Of a stretch of DNA of 64,000 bases, positions 46,603-57,956 are shown piece after piece. A program made the translations under genes and the position numbers. The stretch is from Rhizodiscina lignyota (Eukaryota). Within the stretch, counting starts at the first letter, position 1; each line of letters starts with the position of its first letter. Location of the stretch: positions 248,001 through 312,000 of the forward strand of contig ML978121.1 of NCBI GenBank assembly GCA_010015805.1, read 5' to 3'. The notes under the pieces were generated by a model. It was not told the DNA's origin. It worked only from the letters and a program-made list of their open reading frames with translations, and searched no databases.

Positions 46603-47952
46603 ATGAACTTCTTCTCACGCCGCTCCGCGGCAGTAGATCCGAATACTGCCAATGCGACTGGCACGCGTGAAAAGAGAAGCTTCCGTCAGTCGATTATGGG
46701 AGATCGCAGCAACGAGCGCAATGCTGGTCCTCGAGCGAATACATGGAACACCAGGCCAACCTTTGGGCAATGGCTCAAGGCAACATGGCTAGATATCCTC
46801 ACCATGGCAGTGATGGGCGCCATCGGTCTGGGCATATACGAAGCTCATCCTGCTCCCACGCGATCTTTCCCCGTTCTCTTTCAGGATGGACAGATTGTAT
46901 ATCCCCAATTTGCTTATCCTCTGCGCAATAGGATAGGTACGTGAAAGGCTTCGTTCTCCTCACTCTTGCAGCAGTGAAGCCGGCTCTGAAGTGGCCATAC
47001 ATTCAATATCATCTACTTACGTGTCTGTCCAGTACCGATCTGGCTTTCCGTACTCCTCGGAACCCTCATCCCCATATTCATATTTCTCTGCATGCAAATC
47101 CGCATCCGCTCCTTCTGGGATCTCAACAACGCCATCCTCGGCCTATTTTACGCCATTATCACCGGAGCCGTCTTCCAAGTCTTCATCAAATGGTTAATCG
47201 GTGGACTGCGACCCCATTTCCTCAGCGTCTGTAAGCCCGCAATCCAACCTGGTGCGGCCAATACAGGCAATGGGTACATGAACATCATGTACGACCGCAG
47301 CATCTGCACCGGCGATACAGACACCATCGATGACAGTCTTGAATCCTTCCCTTCCGGCCATGCAGTCGCGGCCTACGCAGGTTTCGTCTACCTCTACCTA
47401 TACCTAAACGCCAAGCTCAAAGTCTGGAGCAACTACCATCCCGCGTACTGGAAGCTCATCGCCACGTACACGCCAATTCTCGGCGCCACACTTATCTCCG
47501 GCTCCCTGACTATTGATCAGTACCACAACTGGTACGACGTCCTCGCCGGCGGCATCATTGGCACCATCATGGCGTTCTCCGCATACCGTATGGTATACGC
47601 CAGCGTATGGGACTTCCGCTTCAATCACATCCCATTGACGAGACATGCTCCGTTCACGTACGGCGCTGGACCGAGTGCGTGGGATGGATTCCACGATGCG
47701 ACGTTCACGCGTAAAGCCGGATGGGGTGTCGAGCAGGGCAATGGGGCGTGGGGAGGAGCGCCAGGTGATGCATCGAGTGGTCCGAGGGGTACGCCGTTTA
47801 ATGGTGCTCCTGGCACTGGACCAGGCCATGTCACGAATGGATATACCAATGGAGCGACGAATGGGCTAACATATGGACAGGGCCACCGACCGACGTATAA
47901 TATTGGTCGAAGGCCGGTCCCAGGAACGAAGAACGGAACAGATGCGGTGTGA
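46603..47952 (+). CDS. PAP2-superfamily lipid phosphate phosphatase-like protein (Dpp1/Lpp1-related); exons 46603-46936 and 47033-47952
   Basis: Motif 1 'KWLIGGLRPHF', motif 2 'SFPSGH', motif-3-like 'SLTIDQYHNWYDV', and several TM helices. Intron GTACGT..CTTAC..CAG at 46937-47032. Confidence 0.88.
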
Positions 47953-48472
47953 AGATCCAAACTCTGGTTACAAAATGTTACCTATGCTCTGCAATTCGGG
48001 CAGCTTCTGCACTATGGCGTTCTAATTCACGAACGAGCTTCTTCCATCCATGGACAGGTAATTGATTAGTTATACACTCGGCCTCCGGACCCCGAGGCTT
48101 GAATAAAGGCTTTGAAATCGTTTCGCTTTTCCTGCCGTAGATACATGAGAGCTGAATTCAGTGTTCATCTGCTGACACGAGGTGGCAAAATAGTTGGATG
48201 CAGGGCATGCTGTAACTCCTAAGGCCGAGCAGCTCTTGCACGTCAAGGTAAGCGGAACTTCTCCTGAAAATTTAGTTCTACGGTCATTCGAGTGTGTCTA
48301 ACAACTTGTACACCACTGAAGGAGTTATACACTTTGTTATACAGGCTAAACGTTATGGCTGTTCAGTGTCTTGGAAGAAAGCTGTGGGTAACGTTTTGTC
48401 GCCATCAAGGCTGGTAGCTTTCCTCTCTTCGCACTTTTGCAAGATTAGAAAATAATATCTTTTGAGAGCCAC

Positions 48473-49525
48473 TCAGCCCTCCCTCCTCACACCAAAGAAA
48501 TAATTCCCCAAACCCTCTATCCCTTTCCCTCCCCCTCCCACCTCCCTCCACCCCAATCCAGGTACATACATGACCTCCATCACAACTGGCTCACTCCACC
48601 TCCCCAGCCTCCCCAGCTCTTCCTCTCCCTGCCCGTCCAACTTCCGGAACCACTGCCTCAGCTCGTCCGGCTTGACATACTTCTCCCACTCATGTGTGCC
48701 CCTCGGCACCATCTTCAGCACCTCCTCCGCCATGAACTTCGTGACGAACCACGCCGGCCAGGTCCTTGAGATCGTGCTCAATACCAGCCAGCCGCCGGGC
48801 TTTACGTATGGCAGCATCTTCTCGAGGAAGCTGGACGGGTACGCAACGTGCTCCAGCACTTCGAACAGGGTGACGATGTCGTACTGTCTGTCCTGTTGTA
48901 CCACCCCTTGTGCCTCCAGCGTCTCTGCAAGTCCCTCAATGCTCGTATTCAGATATGTGAGACGTCCCGGTTCCAGTAGCAGTGGGTCCCGACGTGCGTG
49001 CTGTTTTGCGACGGCAAGGACCTCCGGTGATGGGTCAATTGCCGTGACACTGGCTGTGTCCCGCAAGCGCGCTGCCGACTCAGCGAAGATACCACCACCG
49101 CAACCAATGTCAAGATAGTGTAGCTTTGACTCTTCCTCTTCGGCTTCCTCGCCCTTTATATCTTGACTTCGCGCCGGAGACCCACGATGGGAGTACCCTG
49201 GCGGCGGGTACAGTGAACGGCAGCGCTTAATGAAGTCCTGCCGGATCGGGTTCATAGCATGTAAGATGCGCGAAGAGCCGTTTGGGTCCCACCATGAGGC
49301 GGCGAGCGCGTTGAAGTGGGATATCTCGCTTTCGTCGACGGAGGAAGACTTCGTAGATGGACCTGCCGATGAGGTAGAAGAGTACAGTCGGGAGCTCGGG
49401 CGCATTCGAATGGACGTCTTCGAGGCATTTTGAAGTTTGGTATGGCTCAATTGGCGTCTTCGGAGGGGAAAGAGGGTATGTCGGAGGAGGCGGAGTGCTG
49501 CTGGTGATGGGGGTTGGAGTGGCAT
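48473..49525 (-). CDS. COQ3: Hexaprenyldihydroxybenzoate O-methyltransferase (ubiquinone biosynthesis) with a mitochondrial presequence
   Basis: 'EISHFNALAASWWDPNGSSRILHAMNPIR', SAM motif 'YLDIGCGGGIFAES', 'FEVLEHV', 'VPRGTHEWEKY', 'GNYFFGVR'. Arg/Ser-rich N-terminus. Confidence 0.95.
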   Translation of the reverse strand: MPLQPPSPAALRLLRHTLFPLRRRQLSHTKLQNASKTSIRMRPSSRLYSSTSSAGPSTKSSSVDESEISHFNALAASWWDPNGSSRILHAMNPIRQDFIKRCRSLYPPPGYSHRGSPARSQDIKGEEAEEEESKLHYLDIGCGGGIFAESAARLRDTASVTAIDPSPEVLAVAKQHARRDPLLLEPGRLTYLNTSIEGLAETLEAQGVVQQDRQYDIVTLFEVLEHVAYPSSFLEKMLPYVKPGGWLVLSTISRTWPAWFVTKFMAEEVLKMVPRGTHEWEKYVKPDELRQWFRKLDGQGEEELGRLGRWSEPVVMEVMYVPGLGWREVGGGGKGIEGLGNYFFGVRREG

Positions 49526-50062
49526 CTTGGAGATGGACTGCTGGCTGAAAATTGGCTTAGCGGATCAGGAGATGCCGTTTAGCCTGAAGAATCGGTGTGG
49601 CATCAACTGTTGTGTCGAGCGCGGTTGTAGTGTAGCTTTTTAGAGGTACAGAGTATAAAAATACAGAATACTTAAATAGGCTAGCGTAGCTGGTAATATA
49701 CGATGCACTAGTACTTCGCACTATATTACTCCGTCCAACATCACCAGTGTTTGGTGTCCTCCTCGTCAACCTCACAAACACCTTTGATGACCAGTGTAGG
49801 GCTACAGATGGGTTCATGGCCACCTGCTCTTAACATATGAAGTTTAACAACTTAAACCTAGTAAGATACAGTAGACGTACGTATTGCGGGACAGTCTCAC
49901 CAAGCAAAACATGACCACCTCTAATAAAGCGGCCTTCGTACCTTTCGCTGTTTTTACTTCCACCTCTAATTGCATTACGAAACCAAATGCAGTAAGACAC
50001 ACACTCTTTAAACATGTCATCATCAACCTCATTCTGTAGTACCGATGGAATACGTTGAAAAT

Positions 50063-52156
50063 CTACGACAATCTGATTTGCGCGGCCGAGCATTCTCCTT
50101 TTGCTTCAAGGTCCAATATCTCACCATTCATTAAGCCATGAACATAGCATTCTCCGATGACTTTGAAACTCTTACGATGAGGCCTTAAAATGACTGGGAA
50201 ATTGCAACCGAAAAAGACAGCGATGACATCACCTCTTTCTGTCCTTGAAGGAACCAGACCCAGGAAGCCAGATTCCGAAATCATCAATCGTCGGCCGATC
50301 AGGGATATACTAGCAAGCTTCACATTGCTTGCAAGTCTTCCAGAATCCGGATTTGCTGTTGATATTGGAAAAAAATCTCGCAACTTTCGGCCGAAAACCA
50401 GCATTGACTGGTTTTCACGTTGGAATGATCGGAATCTTCGGAAATGTGTTAGACTGTCATCAGTCAAGTGAATTCCTGGTGTTCCGTCATGGTTACGGTT
50501 TTCGATATCTGTCGTACCTTCACTTTCAACCATCCAAGGCAGACTCTGATCCGAAGGCAAACGTAGGACCGCTGGATGGCCCACGCATAGAGTTTGCCAG
50601 AGCGCATGCAATTGACTACTCACAGATCCATATCGACATCGGCCAGATCTTGATTGTATTGGGGCTTCCACATGTGATGCATGGTGTGGAGTTGTAGCGC
50701 CGAGACCGTCGACACGATCAACTTCAAACCCGCTGCAGCTAAGCTCAGCATTGTCGCAGAACTCTACGTCTGTCATCCAGTTTCCTCCGGAATGGCGTGA
50801 TCGGATATATTGTATATGATTTCTCTCAAATGGACACCTCCAGTCTGGAAGCCAAGATGGCCATGTACTCGAAGAAGGTGGATATGTCCAACAGAAGAGG
50901 ACATCCAGCTTTCCAGTGGCTTCGACCATTGATCGTGCGTAGTCAGTGTAGACCTTTTGAATTGCCGCACCGTAGTTCGGGTTGACTTTCGACGAGATCT
51001 TCTCATCGATTACGCCAAGGACTCCATAAACCTTGTCTCTTGGATCAGTTGCACTAGATTGTCTGCTCAGTTGAAGTATGTGATGCAAGTCGTCGTTTGA
51101 ATCCTTGTTGGGCAGAGTAGCCAACAACCTATGGACTCGATACCCTGACGCCCACCCTTCCAAGCTTGCGCTCGTGGATGATTCCGTGGCGATTGGCTCG
51201 AGTATTTTGTTTATAGTCTCAAGATACCGTTGCCAGAAAACTGCTGCAACCCGAAGCATCCTCCTAGTGAATAGAATGTTACCGAACATTATCAGCGTGG
51301 AATGATGGTTGACGGCGAGCTCTTGGATAATCCATAGACGCTGCCAGTACGGTTTCCTAAAGAAAGATTCAGTTTCTTGTAGGACTTCCTGTCCTAGATC
51401 GTAGAGAAACGATGGTGGTCCGTCGGGTTCTTGTAAGACAACTCGGTTGACTTCATACAAAAACTGACTTGCTTTGTACTCGTGTTCCTTTGGTTCTCCT
51501 ACCCAAACCACAACTGCTCTGGCATCACTGTAGATGGTCTGCATTCGCTTAACTTGGTGATTGCGCTCGTCTTCGTCGGCTTGGTTGATGCACAGAGCGT
51601 CGATCCAGTAGTGCATTCCATTTCGTGTTTCTGGCCGAAGCAACAAAGCTCGTAATGCATTTTCAAGATTCTCAGAAACATTCCAAATTTTGCCGTTCAT
51701 TATGATTTGCTGTGTCGAGGTCTGGTTACCCCATGTATAGGAAAGAGCCTCGAAATCTCCCCATGCAAAGCGAGTAACCGCTGAAAGGTTGCTGGAGCGC
51801 GGCGATGGACTGGAAGAATGATCTGCCATGGGTGTTGAGGAAAAGTAGGAAAAGTAATCCGGTGAGCTACGCTCGATCCGCTCTTCCCGCTGATCTACTT
51901 CAGTAGAGAAGTCATCCGCATATTGCTCCTCTTCAGTAGAGAAGTCATCCGCATGTTGCTCCTTTCGTTCAAGCATGCCTCGGAAGCGCTCATACATCGA
52001 TGTGTGGCTTCTCTCGTCTAACGAGACATTCTTCAACCTGCATTTAACTATGTTAAATGTGGATTCGGAAGACCGGTCGGGCACCTGAGTCCCGGCCAAG
52101 GATGGGAGGAATTCGAGTACGCGGATTCCGTTAGGCTCCAGAAGTTTCTCGTACAT
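50063..52156 (-). CDS. HET-domain heterokaryon-incompatibility protein (het-6-like architecture)
   Basis: HET blocks 'FEALSYTWG', 'YWIDALCINQADEDERNHQVKRMQTIYSDA..VVVWVG', 'PYWQRLWIIQE', 'ATDPRDKVYGVLG', 'PSWLPDW', and C-terminal 'GDVIAVFFGCNFPVILRP...VIGECYVHGLMNGE'. The first ATG of the ORF is at 52156. Confidence 0.92.
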   Translation of the reverse strand: MYEKLLEPNGIRVLEFLPSLAGTQVPDRSSESTFNIVKCRLKNVSLDERSHTSMYERFRGMLERKEQHADDFSTEEEQYADDFSTEVDQREERIERSSPDYFSYFSSTPMADHSSSPSPRSSNLSAVTRFAWGDFEALSYTWGNQTSTQQIIMNGKIWNVSENLENALRALLLRPETRNGMHYWIDALCINQADEDERNHQVKRMQTIYSDARAVVVWVGEPKEHEYKASQFLYEVNRVVLQEPDGPPSFLYDLGQEVLQETESFFRKPYWQRLWIIQELAVNHHSTLIMFGNILFTRRMLRVAAVFWQRYLETINKILEPIATESSTSASLEGWASGYRVHRLLATLPNKDSNDDLHHILQLSRQSSATDPRDKVYGVLGVIDEKISSKVNPNYGAAIQKVYTDYARSMVEATGKLDVLFCWTYPPSSSTWPSWLPDWRCPFERNHIQYIRSRHSGGNWMTDVEFCDNAELSCSGFEVDRVDGLGATTPHHASHVEAPIQSRSGRCRYGSVSSQLHALWQTLCVGHPAVLRLPSDQSLPWMVESEGTTDIENRNHDGTPGIHLTDDSLTHFRRFRSFQRENQSMLVFGRKLRDFFPISTANPDSGRLASNVKLASISLIGRRLMISESGFLGLVPSRTERGDVIAVFFGCNFPVILRPHRKSFKVIGECYVHGLMNGEILDLEAKGECSAAQIRLS
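51898..51963. repeat. Near-perfect 33-bp tandem duplication inside the HET gene (EQHADDFSTEE / EQYADDFSTEV)
   Basis: 'cttcagtagagaagtcatccgcatattgctcct' (51898-51930) is followed by 'cttcagtagagaagtcatccgcatgttgctcct' (51931-51963), one mismatch. Confidence 0.92.
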
Positions 52157-52770
52157 GGTATTGGCGGAGAAAAATTTACTCAGAAGTGAAAGAACTCGAG
52201 TAGAGAAAAAAAGCAAGGAGCAATGTCCTCTTTTAAACGAAGTTCTCAGCTCAGGTGTTGTCTTTTGGAAGGCCCAGCTCGCTCTGATGAAATATCTGTT
52301 GGTGGTGACGCTTCTTTGACTGGTGTGCTTACCATACCAATCAGAACGTTTTGGCCATGTTGTCGCTGCCTGCACCTCATTCTGAATTCGGTCAAATGAT
52401 TTCGGAATAGATTTGCCTCAAAGAAGAGCAGTAGGTATTTTCCATTCTGGTTTACTACGTATGGAGTAGTGTTTGAGTAAGCATAGTTAAACCCCAAGTC
52501 TATGTCACGACGAACATAGGGCTATTCAAGGTCGCATGTGCAATGGCAGCACCATCATGCCGGTTGCTATATTTCAAAGCGCACGCCTGCTCCCTATTCC
52601 GCTCCATCGATGGGATTGACGTTGAACAAGCTCTTGAAATGATCGAGGTTTATTGACGCAACAGCTCATGCCGGCGGCAATGTTGGGGAGAAAATGTAAG
52701 AACCCCGCGTCAAGGATGATTTTTTTAAAAAATGGTTCACATTTTGGTTTCTGATATCGTATCTGAGGCC

Positions 52771-52940
52771 TAACCCTACGTAGGTAATTACTATCTACCT
52801 AGATAGAGCTAGTTTTAAGCTATAAATAAATATAGATTTTATATTAAATAGGATTGTTATAAAGGTATATTAGGAGCTGTCCCGAATACTCTAAGATTTA
52901 GGGTCTCCCGAATAGTAGCGGCCTAAAAATAAAAATAACT
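52771..52940. mobile_element. Short RIP-like AT-rich relic, probably a transposon remnant
   Basis: 170 nt with abundant TpA, no CpA and only two TpG by manual inspection. The motif 'tcccgaata' occurs twice. Element family not identifiable. Confidence 0.6.
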
Positions 52941-53104
52941 CAAAAGACTCAGAGCAATTTGCACATCGTTGAACAACATTCCTTCTTGAAACATCCGGTT
53001 AGGGGATCATCACATCATCCGCTTTGGGGCGCACCACGAACCTCACACACATTTTCACTGATACGCCGCTGGGGAGTACGAGGATACTGCCGGAATTGCT
53101 TCCT

Positions 53105-55061
53105 CTAATCCTCATTTCCCTCCCCATTCTGCTTCAGAAACGTAGCCAAGTATTCGTCCATCAACCTTTCGGCATCTTCCTCGGGATGAGCACCAGTTTC
53201 ATCGCTCGCCCTTTCTGGTATTAGTGTACGGTCTGCTCTGCGACGTACTGGAGCTGATTCATATGGTGATTTATACCAGCTACTCCTCCTCCTCTGAGCT
53301 CTCCTCCTAGGAGGGGAATGCTCCTCGATGACTTCGACAATATCATCACCTTCAGCCTGCCCCTCTGGTATAGGAACTGGCGCTCGGAGTGGCGATCGGT
53401 AGCGCCCCCGGACGATGACTTCTTCTGGTCCTTCGGGCTCGGATGCGCTACTGTAAGAGTAGGAGTAGTATGACGTCGATGATGTTCGATAAAGAGGAGT
53501 TGTCTCGTTCACCACACCGCGGAGCACAATCAGCCATTTTGGAGGAGATATGGGCTTATCCCTACCAAATATGAAGGCAAATTTACGAGTCTGGCGCTCG
53601 ATAGAGACAATCTTCCAACCCCAAGACTCTCTTTCTCTGCGATCTCTTCTGTTCTTGTTTTGTAGGAATAATGTGACCTTTTCCCGCGCACTTTTGGGTA
53701 GACCTAGTAGCATTCTATCGTTGCTGGCTTCGTGCGGCTCCTGGCGTATTCTCGTTTCGGCATCACCTACCATTCGCTTAGGTTTTCCTTTGTCATTCGC
53801 GCGCCTCGTAATCGTGTAAGTCGTTGGCGACGTGACTGAATAAACTCTCATTCTCATTCCACACAAGACAATGTGTGCGTTTTCGGTGTACTCTCGTGGG
53901 GTGGTTTCAAGAACCCACGCTTCGTAGATACTTTGTGTATCGGGGGAGGCCCTAGCAAGGTTATTAATCGGCCTTCGTCATTGGAAGAGCATGATAAGGC
54001 GAGTTCCACCAACCTGGGCACTGGATCTTCGGACCCTGATGAATTGACAGGTTCGCCTACAGAGATTCGTCGAGAAAGGTGCTCTTTTTCCACGACTACA
54101 ACATCATCACCCCCTTCAATTGATCGCGTCATTTCCGGTACCTTCGGCTCTACCGGCCACGTGGACGTGGAACCCTGCTGGATATCTCTAGTCCCTCCGG
54201 GGAGGCGTGGGGGGTCGTCAACATCTTCTTGTTGCCTCAGAGAGCCAAAACCAACGTCGACATCGTCAGCCTTGTCTACTGGTGCACCCCGCAGCAAGGG
54301 TAGAGAACGGTCTTCTGAAGATCCTGCGACGACTATGTGTGGTTCAACATTGACGCTGTTAGTTTCAGCCGGTTTCTCCGGCCTTTTATTCCGGTAGACG
54401 CCAGCTTTGATCAAACCTGCCTGTTGAAGGCCTGCGACCAGCTCGGGAAGCTGGGTCATGAAGAGTCTGAAATCCTCCGATTGCTCTTCGCTGAGGAGGT
54501 TACTAGACGAGCCCATATCAGACTCTGCACAATTTGCCGCGCATCAAGCGCTACCCAAATAATTGTGCTGACGAACCTTTTCCTCAGACCTCTCAAGACC
54601 AGAAACTGCAACGAGCTCAAGAGAAGCTGGAGATTTGATTTCGAGGCCTCGATAGACTGGATCAAGCCCTTCAGAGCATCGGCTCCACCCATGGCATGCA
54701 TCATTCTAACCCAGACGCCTAGTTTCTCAGCAATCTCTTTCGTCTGGATCTTCTTTTCGACTTCGCTCTTCTTGACTTGTCGCAGTGCTACCCAGAGGGT
54801 TTGGAAATTCCTTTCACACAAATCCTTTGCCGCAATAAAATTCTCGACCGTCAACCCGAACTGAGCCTCGTATTCTGTAATCATCTTACCGATCGAATCA
54901 AGGATGGAGGATGTAAGTGCTACGCTGGCTGATATGTCCTTGACATGCTGCTCAGCCTTGGCGAAAGTAGTCGAGAAGGTGTTTAGGGTGGTGACGATCT
55001 GAATGCCAAAGGAGGCCAGGCCAGCAATGCTAGCGGCGAACCCGACCGCAGCTTCTGCCAT
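53105..55061 (-). pseudogene. Fungal protein with a HeLo-like / STAND N-terminal helical domain; intron 54576-54503; reading frame breaks at about 53860 (frameshift or unrecognised intron)
   Basis: N-terminus 'MAEAAVGFAASIAGLASFGIQIVTTL..F..A...VKDISASVALTSSIL' and 'IEASKSNLQLLLSSL'. The GTTCGT..CTGAT..TAG intron joins the 53854-54516 ORF, which stops at TGA while a shifted frame continues about 250 codons to 53105. Confidence 0.6.
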
Positions 55062-55503
55062 TGCTACGGTAGCTGCTCATGAAGCATAATGAAGAGATGG
55101 CCACGCAGGCTAGCTGCATGGAGTTCAGCTGCAGAACTCTTGGCAGTTCTCAATTCGCCCGCATGCTGCAGTTCACCTGATCATTTGAATTTGGTTTAAT
55201 TGGAAAAGTCTCCTGAAGACGTGTTAAAGAATAGTCCCGAGTTGGCCACTTGAGTATCAGCATAATTGAACACCATTCTGTTGGACGCGTGTAAGATTTG
55301 TTATAGCCGCCCGTATGCTGTGGCGTTGAATATGCTCAACGCTACCAATAAATTCCAAGTAGTACCTCAAAAGGAGACCCAATCTGACTCCTCCCACGCC
55401 GATGATGCCATCGTTACTCGTCCCTACTATTACAGTATTACCTTAAAGTTACTATGTGCAGTCCGGTCCGAGTCCAAGTCCCCAAGCTTTTGTATAAAAC
55501 CAA

Positions 55504-57924
55504 TCACTGAAGCACACTCTGTCTCCACCGATCAATCAGATCCCTTTGCTCGGGCCTCATGCCCGCCAAGGGGTCCACGCCGCCTTGATTCCCCGCGCCC
55601 ATCTGCTGTTGCGCAAACGAGGCATACGTGCTCTGCGGCATCGCGAAGTTGGGCGTGCTCGCCATGCCCATGGGATTCTGCATCATGGACATTGCACCCA
55701 TACCGTTCGGCGTCCCCATGCCCATCTGCATCTGAGGAAGGTAGCCCATGCTCATGTGCGCCTGAGGGTTGCCGTACGGCATGTTCACGGCCATGTTGGG
55801 ATAGCCTCCCATCATGCCGGGGTTTTGCACGTATGGCGGCGGCATGCCCATTCCCATGTTCATGCCGTTTAGACCATTCATACCCATTCCGCCCATGCCC
55901 ATACCGTTCATCGCCATGCCGCTCATAGCAGCTCCGTTCATGCTGACGCCATTCATCTGCATGGACATTGGATCCATGCCAAACATGCTGGCTTGGTTCA
56001 TCATCTGCGGTTGTTGGGGTCCCATCAAACGTTCCTGCTCTTTTGCCCCGAGCATGCCACGATCAAACTCCATGCCGCCACTGCTCTTCCTGTTGTGGCC
56101 TTCGATGTCAACCAGAGGCTTTTCAAGTCCGCCACTGCCAAGCGCATTGGCATCGCTTAGTCTCTTCTTGTTACGACGCTGCCGGACTTCCGCCTGAGCG
56201 AGCAGGCTTCCGGAAGGCATGTTATTCGTTAACATTTCGTCAGAGACCTTTCTGGCAGTGTGCGCATTGGCGGTGAGTGGATGAGCAGCTAGCAGATCCG
56301 CCATGCTACGAGACGCTCGCAGACCTGTGAGCCCAAGACCAGATTGAGTACGCTGTTGCTGCGGGTCGCCGTCTTCCTGAGCAGAGGGGAACATGCCAGA
56401 TGAGAGCCTTGATGCATCCAAGGGTTGCGATGAACCGGACGTCTGCCGTACAGCGTCTTGTTGTGCTTGCAGCCTTGCACGTCGCTGGCCAAGCGTCTCA
56501 TCCGGATCCGGAGTCGTGTTGATGTTCTGCTGTTCAGCTTTCAGCGTATCATTGTTGGCTCCAGTCTCGGTTTCCGTGCCACCGAACTGTCCGAGAAGTT
56601 CTCCAGCAAAATCAGAGCTCAACGGCCTTGACTCGACGCCACCCAGAGCATTGTCAAGGGTAGATCGAGTCTTGAGACGGCGAAGGCGCTGTCCAAGAGT
56701 CTCGCCTTCTTCTTCCTCGTTTTCTTGATCAGGCTTCGGAGATGTGCCACCACTGCCTCCCTGTGCAAGGTCTCCTTGGCCACCTGTCGGGAGATGCAGC
56801 TGTGAAGCTGATGGCTGTGGTCCATGTCCTCCAATTCCAAATCCAGTGTTCCTCTTAGTCATGGTCTGTGGCTCAACTCCCTTGAGCCTGTTCATTCTCT
56901 TGCTTAGTGGTTCGTTGTCTTCAAGCTCTCTTTGTTCGATCAGACCAAGCGGCCTGTCCCAATCGGCTTCAAGGAGATGTGCGTGCGTTTCCGCTTCTCC
57001 GCGCGGCACCTTGCGAACGACTCCATTCGACTTGGTGAACAGCATACCCAACGGAACCTCATCATCATCGTTCTCTGCTTCTATTTGCGCCTTGGCATCA
57101 GGATCTTCCCAAGCCAAAGCAACACGCTTCTTGATGCGGCGCTTCTGCTCCACTTCGACAACAGCATCCATCTCAAGCAGAGTGCTATGCATCCCTCCGG
57201 GAAAAGCAGTAGCGGCTGTGCGATTACGGGACTTTTGCTGAGCTTTTCGTTTCTGCAGTTCCGCAAGCAGAGTCGTTGGAGGTCCAAATAATTCTTCTTC
57301 AGATTCTTCGTCTTCAGGTTGACCTTCTGGTGAATGGTCTTCCTGGTAATGACCCTCTCCCTCTGATGAATCGTACCCTTGGTCGGGCCTAGCATTCTCA
57401 TGAAGTGGAGTGTCTTCGCCGACGTCTGCAGATTGGCGTTCGTGCGCAGCAGTCCCGAAATCTGACTGTGTACGCATCGTAAGACGGCTATTCTGAGAGG
57501 CGCGGAGCTTTTCCTGAGTAGCAACTTCGTTCGTGGAATGGGATCGTTTTCCAAATAGCAGACCAAAGGAACTGCGACGTTTCTTGACCTCCATTTCGGA
57601 ATGTTGCTGGATGGTGAGAGACGCAGTACTCTTCCGAGCCGTGTCTCTTTCGGGATCCAATATTGAAGTAGTACTACGACGAGGATGCCTTGGGACAGCA
57701 CCTTCTCTCTTGTACACTTTAGCACCTTCGTGTCCGGCAAACGGATGATCAGTGAACGCGCTTGCTGGGAGGGCAGCGGAAGCCTCTAAAACGCTGTCCA
57801 GAGTCGCTATCGCCGAGTCAGCTTGGACCTCAACTTCTTGATGCTTTGGCTGAGCATCGAAGAACATGGTTGCTCGAAGCTGGGGAGGCAAGCCTGCCAG
57901 GCTGTTCTTGAGGATACCCTTTCT

Positions 57925-57956
<32 letters not shown>

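Noticed and set aside
52157..52375. Upstream extension of the HET ORF in the ORF track
   Set aside because: It begins at a non-ATG codon and looks like UTR. The first ATG is at 52156.
52768..52782. CCTAACCCTA telomere-like or telomerase-template-like sequence
   Set aside because: Fewer than two repeat units, inside a RIP-like relic, and no other telomerase RNA features were recognised.
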